A stretch of DNA of 64,000 nt from Candidatus Obscuribacterales bacterium (GTDB taxonomy: Bacteria > Cyanobacteriota > Vampirovibrionia > Obscuribacterales > Obscuribacteraceae): the NCBI GenBank assembly GCA_965228855.1, contig CBDDIJ010000003.1:2304001-2368000 (forward strand), given 5' to 3'. Within the stretch, counting starts at the first letter, position 1; each line of letters starts with the position of its first letter. The notes below the pieces were generated by a model. The model was not told where the DNA came from. It did no database searches and was given only the letters and a program-made list of their open reading frames with translations. Positions 18,150 through 27,516 of this stretch are shown in pieces. Made by a program: the position numbers and the translations under genes.

Positions 18150-19886
18150 CTAGCGAACTGCTTGCGAAGCTTCGATCAAAAAGTGAAGCTTCACACCGAA
18201 ACGTGTCTCAAAATACGCCTTCTTTTCGTTGAGAGCCCAGGCCTCTGCTTTGCAGTTCTCTCCGTCTTTGACGAATGGCACCAGGGATAGCATCTTGCCA
18301 CCAAAAGTGGTATCGACCCCCTCGTAAGGATTCATCATAACCTTCAACTCCTTAATCACCTGGCGATGACTTCGATCGAGAGCTTCCGCCACGCGCAAGA
18401 TGGCTGCGAGGTCTTGAACAATCGGCTGCGCGGTGGGAGGCAGAGACTGCCATGCCTCATGCGAATCTTTAGGTGTTGAGCCGCGATGGTAGCGAGCGAT
18501 TGAAGCTATCATCTCGAGCTGTTCCTCCGAGTGACCAAGCAATCCGCCGTGTCGAATTAGATAGTAGCTATGTTTGTGATGCCCATTGCGAGCGATGAAC
18601 GTTCCTACATCATGCAGCATGGCTGCAGACCAGAGAATGTGGCCAACCTCCTCATCATGGTTGTGCAAAATCCCCTTGGTTTGCTGGAAGATGATGGTAG
18701 CGAGTTTTGCCACTTGCTCAGCATGAGCGAAACTGGAATCGTACTTTTCGAGAAGCTCGTGAACACTGGCAGAACGAGGGTCCCTATGACTCTTCAGATC
18801 GGAGTCATCCAACCAGCCCGTTTGAAGAAAACGGTCGACAACCACGCCTTCACGCAGAGCGGACGAACACACGGTAATCTCATCAGCCTTGAGTGCACGC
18901 ATCGTTTCAAGAAGAACAATTGCACCGGCTAAAATAGTCTGACTTCTATCGGCCGAAACGCCCTTTATGCGCTCACCGCCGACCGAACAACGTTCGATAT
19001 AAGCAACGATTTCGGCCAGTCGCTCGATGGGCATCCGCCATCCATGAAGTGATTCATTGGTCCGACCAGTTTGAACGCGGTCGATTTTGGCGAGGGCCTG
19101 CACGGTTCCGGATGTTCCGATCACTCGTTTAAAACCGCCCACAGTCTCAATCCTGGCGGCCGCCGGTTTCAGCATCCCAGTTACTTCGCCGTGCAATTCT
19201 TTTAACGCGTCCGCGGTCGGAAAGCCCTTTTTGAAAAACCGCTGTGTAAGACGAGCTCCGCCCAGTTTGTACGACTCGGCAAAATATGACTTCTCCCTGT
19301 CAGCGCAGACGATTTCTGTACTGCCGCCGCCGATATCGATTACGACAAACCGCTCTTTCAACTCCGGCATGCTAAACAACACGCCGAGATAGATCAGTCG
19401 AGCTTCTTCCTTGCCAGAAATAGTACGCGCGTCCAGCTTCAAATCTTGCCGGATTCGCTCGATCGTCTGCATTCCGTTGCGGGACTCGCGCACGGCAGAT
19501 GTCGCCACGGCTTGAACGTATGTCGCGCCTTTCGATGTCGCCTGTTTGATCATGTCGCGCAAAATCGTCTTCGCTGCATCGAACGCAACATCATCAATAA
19601 AATGCGCTCCAAGAGCTCTTCTGAAAAACGGCGCTATGTCCTTGACCTTTGTGATAACCTCGAAATCTTCTTTGTCATCGGTGGCGCGGCAGACAATCAT
19701 ATGAAACGAGTTGGTGCCCATATCGATGCAGGCGAAAACTGGTCCACCGGAAACTTTCGCCCAGCTTCCGGAGCGAGTGTTTTCAGTTTCCTTACTGGCT
19801 TTCGTTGCCGTCTTACTTGAGCCGGCGCTCTTCGATCTGGCGCTTTCAGTTTTGCCTTTCGAAATAGCAGCCTTCTTTGGACTCAT
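18150..19886 (-). CDS. ppx: Exopolyphosphatase / pppGpp phosphohydrolase (Ppx/GppA) with C-terminal HD domain
   Basis: IDMGTNSFHM, ATSAVRES.N, EEARLIYLG, DIGGGSTE, LREG, LHDVG, HHKHSYY. Confidence 0.93.
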   Translation of the reverse strand: MSPKKAAISKGKTESARSKSAGSSKTATKASKETENTRSGSWAKVSGGPVFACIDMGTNSFHMIVCRATDDKEDFEVITKVKDIAPFFRRALGAHFIDDVAFDAAKTILRDMIKQATSKGATYVQAVATSAVRESRNGMQTIERIRQDLKLDARTISGKEEARLIYLGVLFSMPELKERFVVIDIGGGSTEIVCADREKSYFAESYKLGGARLTQRFFKKGFPTADALKELHGEVTGMLKPAAARIETVGGFKRVIGTSGTVQALAKIDRVQTGRTNESLHGWRMPIERLAEIVAYIERCSVGGERIKGVSADRSQTILAGAIVLLETMRALKADEITVCSSALREGVVVDRFLQTGWLDDSDLKSHRDPRSASVHELLEKYDSSFAHAEQVAKLATIIFQQTKGILHNHDEEVGHILWSAAMLHDVGTFIARNGHHKHSYYLIRHGGLLGHSEEQLEMIASIARYHRGSTPKDSHEAWQSLPPTAQPIVQDLAAILRVAEALDRSHRQVIKELKVMMNPYEGVDTTFGGKMLSLVPFVKDGENCKAEAWALNEKKAYFETRFGVKLHFLIEASQAVR

Positions 19887-21337
19887 GTAGCAACCGACTC
19901 CACTTTCGATATCGTTCTGGCATATTCGACCGCCGCCAGGGCAGCTTTAGTGCCACTGGTTATACAATCCGGTATGCCTACACCATTGTAGGAACTGCCT
20001 GCCAGGAAGACTCCAGGCATCTGATTGACTTCGCGAATAATTTTTTGAACGCGCTCTGCGTGTCCGAGATTGTACTGCGGCATACTTGCCGGATAACGAT
20101 TCACTAGTTCGTTCAGTGGTTCCGCTTTCACTCCAAGATAATACTCCAGATCGGCACGAGCTAGTTTAACAAGTTCAGCGTCCGAGAGGTTGAGATGTTC
20201 GGGCTGCAAAACGCCACCTATAAAGGCGCGCACAGCAACGCAATCTTCCGGTGCCCGCCCCTTGAATTTGTTGCTGATGAAACTCGCAGCCAGGATGGTC
20301 CGCTTTTCCGTCACTGGAACAACAAATCCAAAGCCGTTTATATCGCGAGGAATGTCAGCCCGCTTATAAAGCAAATTGATCACAGCCGCAGAGCTGGTTT
20401 CGATTTTTTCAAGGTCAGAAGCCAGGTTGGCGTTTGTGTTTGAAACTATCTGCGCCGTTACGAAAGCCGGAGTAGCCATTATCACAGCGTCGAATTCACT
20501 GAAGCCGCCGGCAGCTTCAACGCTCCAGCGCCCGCTATCCAGTTTTCGAACGGAGGTCACCGTTGAGTTCTTCTCGATTCGATCTAAACCGATCGCAGCT
20601 TCCAACGCCCTGGACAGAGTGCTGACTCCGTTCTTCAAGGTGACGAACATTGAATAACGCGCACCGGATGCGGTGCGCTCATGCGCATTATCTTTGCGCG
20701 CCATTAATCCCTTTATGACACTACCCTGTCTCTGTTCCATCTCGACGAACTGAGTCAGCGTCGATCTGGCGCTTAGCTTCGCGACGTCGCCGACGTAAAT
20801 CCCGCCAACCATAGGTTGCACAATTTTATCGAGCGCTTCACGACCGAAACGGCGAAGAACAAATGTTTCGACACTCTCATCGCTGTCATCCGTTTTCGGA
20901 GGTGTCACCATATCCAGTGCCATCCTGAACTTGCCGCTCAGTGAGAAGAGGGGCGAAAGTGCAAACGGAATCAAGCGGGAGGGAGCAAGCATGACAAAGC
21001 CATCCGGAAGAGGATGCAGCTCCCCATTGCAGGCGATGAGAGAACGCCGGTTTGCCTCATTTGTGGAAATTACTTGGTCTGTTAAACCGAGATCTTCGAC
21101 AAGCTCCATCACATCGGGCTTTGATGCTACCCATGAATCCGGGCCGTGCTCGACAATTCTATTGTTGACTAGTTCAGTTTTAAGAACACCGCCAACAGAA
21201 TCCGCGCCTTCAAAAACTCGGACGTCAGTTTCCACGCCTGCAGCCGTTGACATACTGAGCACGCGGTAAGTTGCCGAAAGACCGGAAATTCCTGCTCCAA
21301 CTACCGCGATTCTGATTTTATTACCATTGCCTGCCAT
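19883..21337 (-). CDS. hemY: Protoporphyrinogen/coproporphyrinogen oxidase (HemY type)
   Basis: GAGISGL FAD motif, EHGPDS, GFGFVVP, MPQYNLGH, GVGIPDCI; downstream of hemE. Confidence 0.92.
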   Translation of the reverse strand: MAGNGNKIRIAVVGAGISGLSATYRVLSMSTAAGVETDVRVFEGADSVGGVLKTELVNNRIVEHGPDSWVASKPDVMELVEDLGLTDQVISTNEANRRSLIACNGELHPLPDGFVMLAPSRLIPFALSPLFSLSGKFRMALDMVTPPKTDDSDESVETFVLRRFGREALDKIVQPMVGGIYVGDVAKLSARSTLTQFVEMEQRQGSVIKGLMARKDNAHERTASGARYSMFVTLKNGVSTLSRALEAAIGLDRIEKNSTVTSVRKLDSGRWSVEAAGGFSEFDAVIMATPAFVTAQIVSNTNANLASDLEKIETSSAAVINLLYKRADIPRDINGFGFVVPVTEKRTILAASFISNKFKGRAPEDCVAVRAFIGGVLQPEHLNLSDAELVKLARADLEYYLGVKAEPLNELVNRYPASMPQYNLGHAERVQKIIREVNQMPGVFLAGSSYNGVGIPDCITSGTKAALAAVEYARTISKVESVAT

Positions 21338-21339
21338 TG

Positions 21340-22383
21340 CTATTTCTTCGTCAGTTCATGGACCAATTCGACCAGATATTGCACATTTTCAACCGGAGTC
21401 TTTGGAAGGATTCCGTGTCCAAGATTGAACACATGACCCGGTCTTCCTGCGGCTTTCGCCAGCACTTCCTTGACCTGGCGCTCGATTTCATCTTTATCGG
21501 CAAACAAGACCAGCGGATCTAAATTTCCTTGAATGGCTTTGTCTTCGCCAATTAGCTCCCATCCGTAATCGAGATCTATGCGCCAATCAACACCGAGCAC
21601 ATCCGCGTCGGTTTGCGACATCAGAGGCAGCAGGCCATTCGTCATGGTGCCAAAGTAAATGACCGGAGCGTCCCCCTTGAGTGTTCTGACCAGGTCCTTC
21701 ATATATGGGAGTACGAAACGCTCGTAGTCAAACGGAGAAAGTGCACCTACCCAGCTATCGAAGATCTGAACGGCGCTCGCACCGGCTTCGACCTGGGCAA
21801 GCAAATATTTCGAAGTGATGTCGCTCAATTTCCTCATGAGCGTATCCCAGACCTGGGGCTCTTTGTACATCAGGGTCTTCGTGTGTACATAATTTTTGCT
21901 GCCACCACCCTCAATGGCATACGATGCTAGTGTAAACGGCGCACCTGCAAATCCAATTAGAGGAGTGCGGCCGTCGAATTCGGCACAAACCGTTTTAATA
22001 GCCTCTAGGACGTAGGAAAGTTCTTCTCGCGGCTCGAAGTCCGGAAGAGCATTTACATCCGCGACTGTTTTAATCGGATTATCGAGAACCGGTCCGTCGC
22101 CCTCCGCGAATCGCAGTCCCAGTCCAAGATTTTCGAGAGGTAAAAGAATATCTGCAAAGATGATTCCGGCATCGACGTTCAATTGATTGACCGCCATTAC
22201 GGTCACTTCGGCAGCCAGAGATGGCGTCTTACAGAGTTCTAGAAACCCGACCTTCTTTCGAATTTCTCGATATTCGCTCTGGTAGCGTCCGGCCTGTCGC
22301 ATCAGCCAGACCGGCGTGTAGTCGGTCGGCTCTTTTTTCAAGCACCTGATGAATGGGCTATCCTTAACTGACGTTGAGACCAC
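21340..22383 (-). CDS. hemE: Uroporphyrinogen decarboxylase
   Basis: PVWLMRQAGRY, IIFADIL, GFAGAPFTLASY, QIFDSW, QGNLDP, FNLGHG. Start uncertain: GTG 22383 chosen; 22446 and 22509 are alternatives. Confidence 0.95.
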   Translation of the reverse strand: MVSTSVKDSPFIRCLKKEPTDYTPVWLMRQAGRYQSEYREIRKKVGFLELCKTPSLAAEVTVMAVNQLNVDAGIIFADILLPLENLGLGLRFAEGDGPVLDNPIKTVADVNALPDFEPREELSYVLEAIKTVCAEFDGRTPLIGFAGAPFTLASYAIEGGGSKNYVHTKTLMYKEPQVWDTLMRKLSDITSKYLLAQVEAGASAVQIFDSWVGALSPFDYERFVLPYMKDLVRTLKGDAPVIYFGTMTNGLLPLMSQTDADVLGVDWRIDLDYGWELIGEDKAIQGNLDPLVLFADKDEIERQVKEVLAKAAGRPGHVFNLGHGILPKTPVENVQYLVELVHELTKK

Positions 22384-22516
22384 AGCGCGCAATTCCGGAA
22401 GATTCGTCAAACGTCGGCTTGATGCCAAGACCGTACGCCCCGACATACTACCACGCCATGCTAATATGACACGCTGAGTTGAGAAAACCAAGCGAGACTG
22501 TCTTAACATCAGCTAA

Positions 22517-23470
22517 ATGACTAATAACGAAACACAAAATCCACAGATTGAAAACGTCGAAGTGATAGTACTGGGTGCCGGTCCGGCTGGCATCACCTGC
22601 GCTCTGGAGTTGAACGAGTACAGAATCAACTGCCTGGTTCTGGACCGTGGCAGCTTGCCAGGTGGACAATTACCGGAAATACCGAGCCCGATTCCGAACC
22701 TCCCACTGGGGATATACGAAGACGGCAGGGCAATGCAGAAAAGTCTTTGTGATGCCGTGAGCTCCGCGCGAATTAGAGTGGGTTTAAACGAAACCGTCTT
22801 GAATTGCGACCTTTCAAAGCTCGAGTTTCAGACCGCCAACCGCATTTACCACGCAAAAGCGGCGTTTTTGGCGACCGGCTACAGACTGAGGCGCTTGCCT
22901 GATGAAGAAAAATACGCTGCGTTCAGCAAAGAAATTTTTTATAACACGGGCTCCGTCCAGGGTGAGTTCGAGGGAAAAAATGTGGCCATCATCGGCGGCG
23001 GTGACAGTGCCCTTCTCGAGGCTATGGAACGAGCCGCCTCTGCGCATTCGGTATGCATAATCCACCGCTCGGAATCATTCAAAGCGAGGCGTCACGTCAT
23101 TGACGATTTGAAAGCGGACAATCGCATTCAGCTTCATACCAATATGGTTTTAAACAACATGATTGGCGCTGACGGTTTGAAACAGATCGAGTTGCGCTCC
23201 ACCACAGACGGTACCACAAAGACTATTGATGCCGAAAAATTGATCGTCAAAATCGGCTACGCTCCGAACACTGAGATTTTCAAAAATCAGATCGACATGG
23301 ACTCGAGCGGACACGTCCGAGTCAACGCAGAGTGTGGGACTTCGGTAAAAGCTGTCTATGCTGGAGGTGACATCGTGACGCCAGGCTTTGACCGCATTGC
23401 AAACGCGATGGGAAATGGTCTGGTAGCAGCCAGGTCAATCAGAAAATATCTGGAATCACTGAGTAACTGA
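22517..23470 (+). CDS. Thioredoxin-reductase-like NAD(P)/FAD oxidoreductase lacking the CxxC motif
   Basis: GAGPAG, GGQL, ATG, GGGDSALLEA, IHR, IGYAPNT, YAGGD. Confidence 0.8.
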   Translation: MTNNETQNPQIENVEVIVLGAGPAGITCALELNEYRINCLVLDRGSLPGGQLPEIPSPIPNLPLGIYEDGRAMQKSLCDAVSSARIRVGLNETVLNCDLSKLEFQTANRIYHAKAAFLATGYRLRRLPDEEKYAAFSKEIFYNTGSVQGEFEGKNVAIIGGGDSALLEAMERAASAHSVCIIHRSESFKARRHVIDDLKADNRIQLHTNMVLNNMIGADGLKQIELRSTTDGTTKTIDAEKLIVKIGYAPNTEIFKNQIDMDSSGHVRVNAECGTSVKAVYAGGDIVTPGFDRIANAMGNGLVAARSIRKYLESLSN

Positions 23471-24396
23471 TGCTACAACTCGAAGCGTTAGAAATGATTT
23501 TGGTATTCACCGGCTTCCTCATAGTAGGAATCGGGTTTCTTGTGGCCTATGCAAGAAACAGCAGCATAGCCGGCAAGAAAACCGACCATCGAAAAGAGTT
23601 TTTCAGACTGGTGGAAGCGGCACGGGAAGCCGAAATTTTGGAGAAACGCCCGATCGCCTACAACGTTGCCGGCATATGGAAAGGCGAGGGGGATGGCTAT
23701 TTCGGAGTCGGGAAAAACCTCGAGATTCATCTAGTTCAAACCCAATCGAATCTTGCCGGTCGGCTTATCGACCAATTCGGCTATAGCGAAGTCAGAGGAT
23801 TTTTTGTCTGGCCGTATATCTGGTTTGACTTCGAGCGGCATGGAACAGTCTTCGAATTTCGCGGCATCATAAAGGAAACGTCCGATGGCGCCTCCATCGC
23901 GGGGAAGTACAGATATTTCATGGAAGATGCCGAATGGCACGTTAAGCGCATCGAGGTTTTTGCACCAACACCACAGGCGGTATCACCTGTTTCAAATCCA
24001 ACCAAACCCGAGTCACGGACCGTCTCCGAAAATCAGGATGGTGCCGGTGAAGGCAAAGCAAAACAGGCAATTGAAAAATTGTCATCGGATGGATGGAAGG
24101 ACGTGGGATTTTCACCCGAGGAGATGAAACTATTAGATACCGCTAGTTTGCCACCGGAACCGTTGGAAACCGAAGCATCTCCGGTGCATGGTGTGAAACG
24201 AATCGCTCCGGAAGATTTTCCAGTGCTTCCTGAATTTCCACCGATCGATGAGGAAAGGATAAAGCCCGTTCCAAGAGGAGATACTCAGAATGCTCCATAC
24301 GTGCGAGGCAAGTCTGGCAAATGCTCGGAATGTGGAAACGACCTGGAAGAATTCATCTCGTTTTGCATCTATTGCGGATCGAAGAAAGAGAGCTGA
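23470..24396 (+). CDS. Hypothetical membrane protein with a C-terminal zinc ribbon
   Basis: N-terminal TM, beta-rich domain, Pro-rich linker, CSEC...CIYCG; start overlaps the upstream stop. Confidence 0.7.
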   Translation: MLQLEALEMILVFTGFLIVGIGFLVAYARNSSIAGKKTDHRKEFFRLVEAAREAEILEKRPIAYNVAGIWKGEGDGYFGVGKNLEIHLVQTQSNLAGRLIDQFGYSEVRGFFVWPYIWFDFERHGTVFEFRGIIKETSDGASIAGKYRYFMEDAEWHVKRIEVFAPTPQAVSPVSNPTKPESRTVSENQDGAGEGKAKQAIEKLSSDGWKDVGFSPEEMKLLDTASLPPEPLETEASPVHGVKRIAPEDFPVLPEFPPIDEERIKPVPRGDTQNAPYVRGKSGKCSECGNDLEEFISFCIYCGSKKES

Positions 24397-24424
24397 GCTA
24401 ACTTTCCTTTGTGGTCAACGAAGT

Positions 24425-25090
24425 TCAGACTATGTCGTCTGGCTGCACCTTGATCACTAAACTGCCTGAGAGTTTATCGTGAAGAGCTTGATGTTTAGCA
24501 GTCTTCAGGATCAAGAGATAACCGGCAAAACATGGAAGCATCGACAGCAATCTAGCAAAATGTCGCACGAGAGCGGCACCAAAGGATAGTCTCTCGCCTT
24601 TGGAATTGGTCACCTTGGCACCAACGACGATTTTACCGAGAGTTCCCTGATAACGAGAACTTTCCATGATGACGTGATAGAGCATGTTCGTCACCACCAG
24701 AAATCCGATAGTGAACATCCAGATCAGGAGAGTCGAAGACTCTTTGACCCCGACCATAGCTTGAGCAGTCATGTGCTGCTTCACCCAGAAGGCGAAGAAA
24801 GGGATAGCCACGGCAGGAGCAAAGCCTTCCATAAAGAAGTAGCCCGGGATCTCCGGAAGTACGATGGATGCGTCCATTCGGCTGATCAACAATGGAAGGG
24901 CAAAGGCTACGGGAATGCTGAGCGCCATGAAAACAAGCGCTTCTATGACGGCGGCAAGCCCTCTCAGCCAGAGTTCCGCATAAGGCTGAGCGGTATTTTG
25001 CCCGGTGCGTTCCTGATCGCTATTGGCGCTCATGTGTCTGGTTTCGTCTCCTGACGCTGCCGAGCCGGTCCCGAGTTGAGTCGAAGTCAT
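24425..25090 (-). CDS. RDD-family membrane protein
   Basis: YAELWLRGLAAVIE, QGTLGK...G.KV, QALHDKLSG. Confidence 0.85.
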   Translation of the reverse strand: MTSTQLGTGSAASGDETRHMSANSDQERTGQNTAQPYAELWLRGLAAVIEALVFMALSIPVAFALPLLISRMDASIVLPEIPGYFFMEGFAPAVAIPFFAFWVKQHMTAQAMVGVKESSTLLIWMFTIGFLVVTNMLYHVIMESSRYQGTLGKIVVGAKVTNSKGERLSFGAALVRHFARLLSMLPCFAGYLLILKTAKHQALHDKLSGSLVIKVQPDDIV

Positions 25091-25368
25091 TTCTGAAGCC
25101 TGAAACGTTTTATCATCGGCATTGTACAGGATTTCAAGCAGCCCTCGGCAGGCCTTGCGCTTAATGGTTAATAAACGCTTGCTTGCTTAGTAGCTAAGCT
25201 AGCAACGACTGAGAAAGTTGCTCTCCATGATACACATATAACAATCCGACGCGCCTACCGCCGGCAGCTCGGCAAAGACCTTTTTAAAACCCGTTGAACG
25301 CTGAAAACGTGCAATCCCGGGCACAATGCTTTGTGCTGAGTTATCAATCCCGGGCGGTTTGAGAGCGA

Positions 25369-27516
25369 ATGTTTCGTCCGACAATTTCTCACATAGGGTT
25401 GCTAGTCGTCTTCTTCTTACTGACGTCGGAGTTGCTATTTGTCGGCGTACTGAAATTTCAACTCGATGACCTCAATGCGAAACTCGCACAGGAAGAACGA
25501 AAGCGAGAAGTGGTCGAACTCCTGAACGACTCGGCAGCGCACTTGCAGAGCTTCTATGTGCAGATGATTCGTGATACCAACATCGTGCAATTTAAGGACA
25601 GACGAAGCCTGATCAAAGAGTTTGAAGTTCACAAGGTGGCAATTGAACGGAACTTCGAAGAGCTCCAGAAACTTCTGAAAGACCAACCCGAAGAGCTAAA
25701 AAAAATTAGTCGATATCAGCAAGAGAAGACGAGGGCGATGTCTACCCTGCTTGTTGGATTTACAGACAGACCGGACGTACTGTCGATAAAAAAAATCAGC
25801 AAAATAATGAAGTTCTTTCGGAAAGAATCTTTGCACTCCAGACTCCTGGCAAAATCATATAGCGCCGAAAACAAGTCAAATCCGGAGCAGGATATCGCGA
25901 ATGTTCAAAACCTGCTAATAGTCGGTCTCCTGATGAACCTCATCACAGCAGTGGCGGCTAGCTTTTTCTTCTGGAAATATGTGGCGAGACGCATCAACAT
26001 CGTCACCGAAAACATAGCGAGACTTTCTGCCGATGAACCTTTGCATGACCGGCTAGACGGGCAAGACGAGGTAGCAACAATCGACTCGGCTTTCCACTTT
26101 CTTAGCGATGAAATTTTAGCTGCCGCAGAGAGAGAGCGCTCGTTCGTAGAGAACTCTACAGATGTGATCTGTACAATCGACAGTAAAGGCTACTTCCGCG
26201 AAGTGAGCCCAGCAGCAAAACTGCAATGGGGTTATGACCCTGACGAACTCATCGACAGAGAAGCCACCAAAGTCCTTGGAATAAGAAACATCCCCGACAT
26301 ATTCACAGCAGACCCGTCGACAATCTCGAAAGACGCACACTTCGCGCTAGACGAGCGCGTGCGAAAAGCAGACGGATCATACATCGATACACTTTGGTCA
26401 GCCCATTGGTCTCCAACCGACGGATCACTTTTCTGTTTCGTTCGAGATCGGACGGACAGCAAACGTGCAAGTCGCCTCTTGGAGGAACAGGAAAATCAGG
26501 TGCGCAACGCCATTGAGAATCTGCCTGTCGGAATTCTGACGACTGATGTCGAAGGAGCAATACATCAATCCAATCAAATGGCCAGACGGCTTCTGGCGAA
26601 ACCTGACTTAGCAAATCAAAACGTCAACAAACTTCTCGTTGTCGAAGGCGCTAAACATAAAACAATCCAACAGGCTTTGACCGACCCGACTGTACCCACT
26701 CCGATCCGCTGCACCACCAGTAGTGCTGTAGGGAGTAAAACATATACCGACGTCTCTCTCGGCAAATCGACTACGCAGCTCTCAGATAGTCTGGTCATTA
26801 TTTTTGAAGACGCAAGCGAGCGAGTACGTCTTGAGGAAATCAAACAAAATTTCGTCTCACTCCTCGGCGAGAGCTTGCGCTCACCGCTTAACGAAGTGCG
26901 CACGATTGTTCGGGAAGAACTCCAGGTCAGCCAATCTGAATTGGCGAAAAAACGCATGACACGGATTTTGCCGAATATCGAAAGACTGCTCAAGTTGCTT
27001 GACGGGCTCCTGGACATTGAAGGTCTGGAACCCGGAAAGTTGGTGGGAATTCTCGAACCATGCGAGCTGGCAGATATCATCGAGCAATCAGTCAATGCAG
27101 TTTTCGATCATGCAGAGCAACAAAGCATATCGATTGACTATGCTCAAACAAAATGTACTGTCCTGGCGGACCCACAGCGATTGGTCCAGGTGATTATCAA
27201 CCTGCTGACCAATGCAATAAAATACTCGCCCGCCGGTTCACGAGTCTATATAGATACAGTTTCACTCGATGATTCAATAGAACTTCGCATCGTCGATGAA
27301 GGACGCGGATTGCCCGCCGAAATGCATGAGACGATTTTCCAGTCATATGTCCAAAGCCAGAAAGATGATGCCCGGCGTGGGAGCGGAACCGGGCTTGGTT
27401 TGGCGATCTGCAAACAGATCGTGCAGGCCCACAACGGCAGAATTGGAGTCCGGAGCGAAGTCGGCAAAGGAAGCACTTTCTGGATTGAACTTCCAATCGA
27501 GGGTGAGCGCGCATGA
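25369..27516 (+). CDS. Membrane HAMP/PAS sensor histidine kinase-like protein; intact HATPase, H-box His replaced by Glu
   Basis: Two TM helices, HAMP (DEVAT), two PAS domains, FVSLLGESLRSPL, NLLTNAIKYS, DEGRG, GTGLGLAICK. Confidence 0.88.
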   Translation: MFRPTISHIGLLVVFFLLTSELLFVGVLKFQLDDLNAKLAQEERKREVVELLNDSAAHLQSFYVQMIRDTNIVQFKDRRSLIKEFEVHKVAIERNFEELQKLLKDQPEELKKISRYQQEKTRAMSTLLVGFTDRPDVLSIKKISKIMKFFRKESLHSRLLAKSYSAENKSNPEQDIANVQNLLIVGLLMNLITAVAASFFFWKYVARRINIVTENIARLSADEPLHDRLDGQDEVATIDSAFHFLSDEILAAAERERSFVENSTDVICTIDSKGYFREVSPAAKLQWGYDPDELIDREATKVLGIRNIPDIFTADPSTISKDAHFALDERVRKADGSYIDTLWSAHWSPTDGSLFCFVRDRTDSKRASRLLEEQENQVRNAIENLPVGILTTDVEGAIHQSNQMARRLLAKPDLANQNVNKLLVVEGAKHKTIQQALTDPTVPTPIRCTTSSAVGSKTYTDVSLGKSTTQLSDSLVIIFEDASERVRLEEIKQNFVSLLGESLRSPLNEVRTIVREELQVSQSELAKKRMTRILPNIERLLKLLDGLLDIEGLEPGKLVGILEPCELADIIEQSVNAVFDHAEQQSISIDYAQTKCTVLADPQRLVQVIINLLTNAIKYSPAGSRVYIDTVSLDDSIELRIVDEGRGLPAEMHETIFQSYVQSQKDDARRGSGTGLGLAICKQIVQAHNGRIGVRSEVGKGSTFWIELPIEGERA

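Noticed and set aside
22517..23470. trxB assignment
   Set aside because: The redox-active CxxC is absent.
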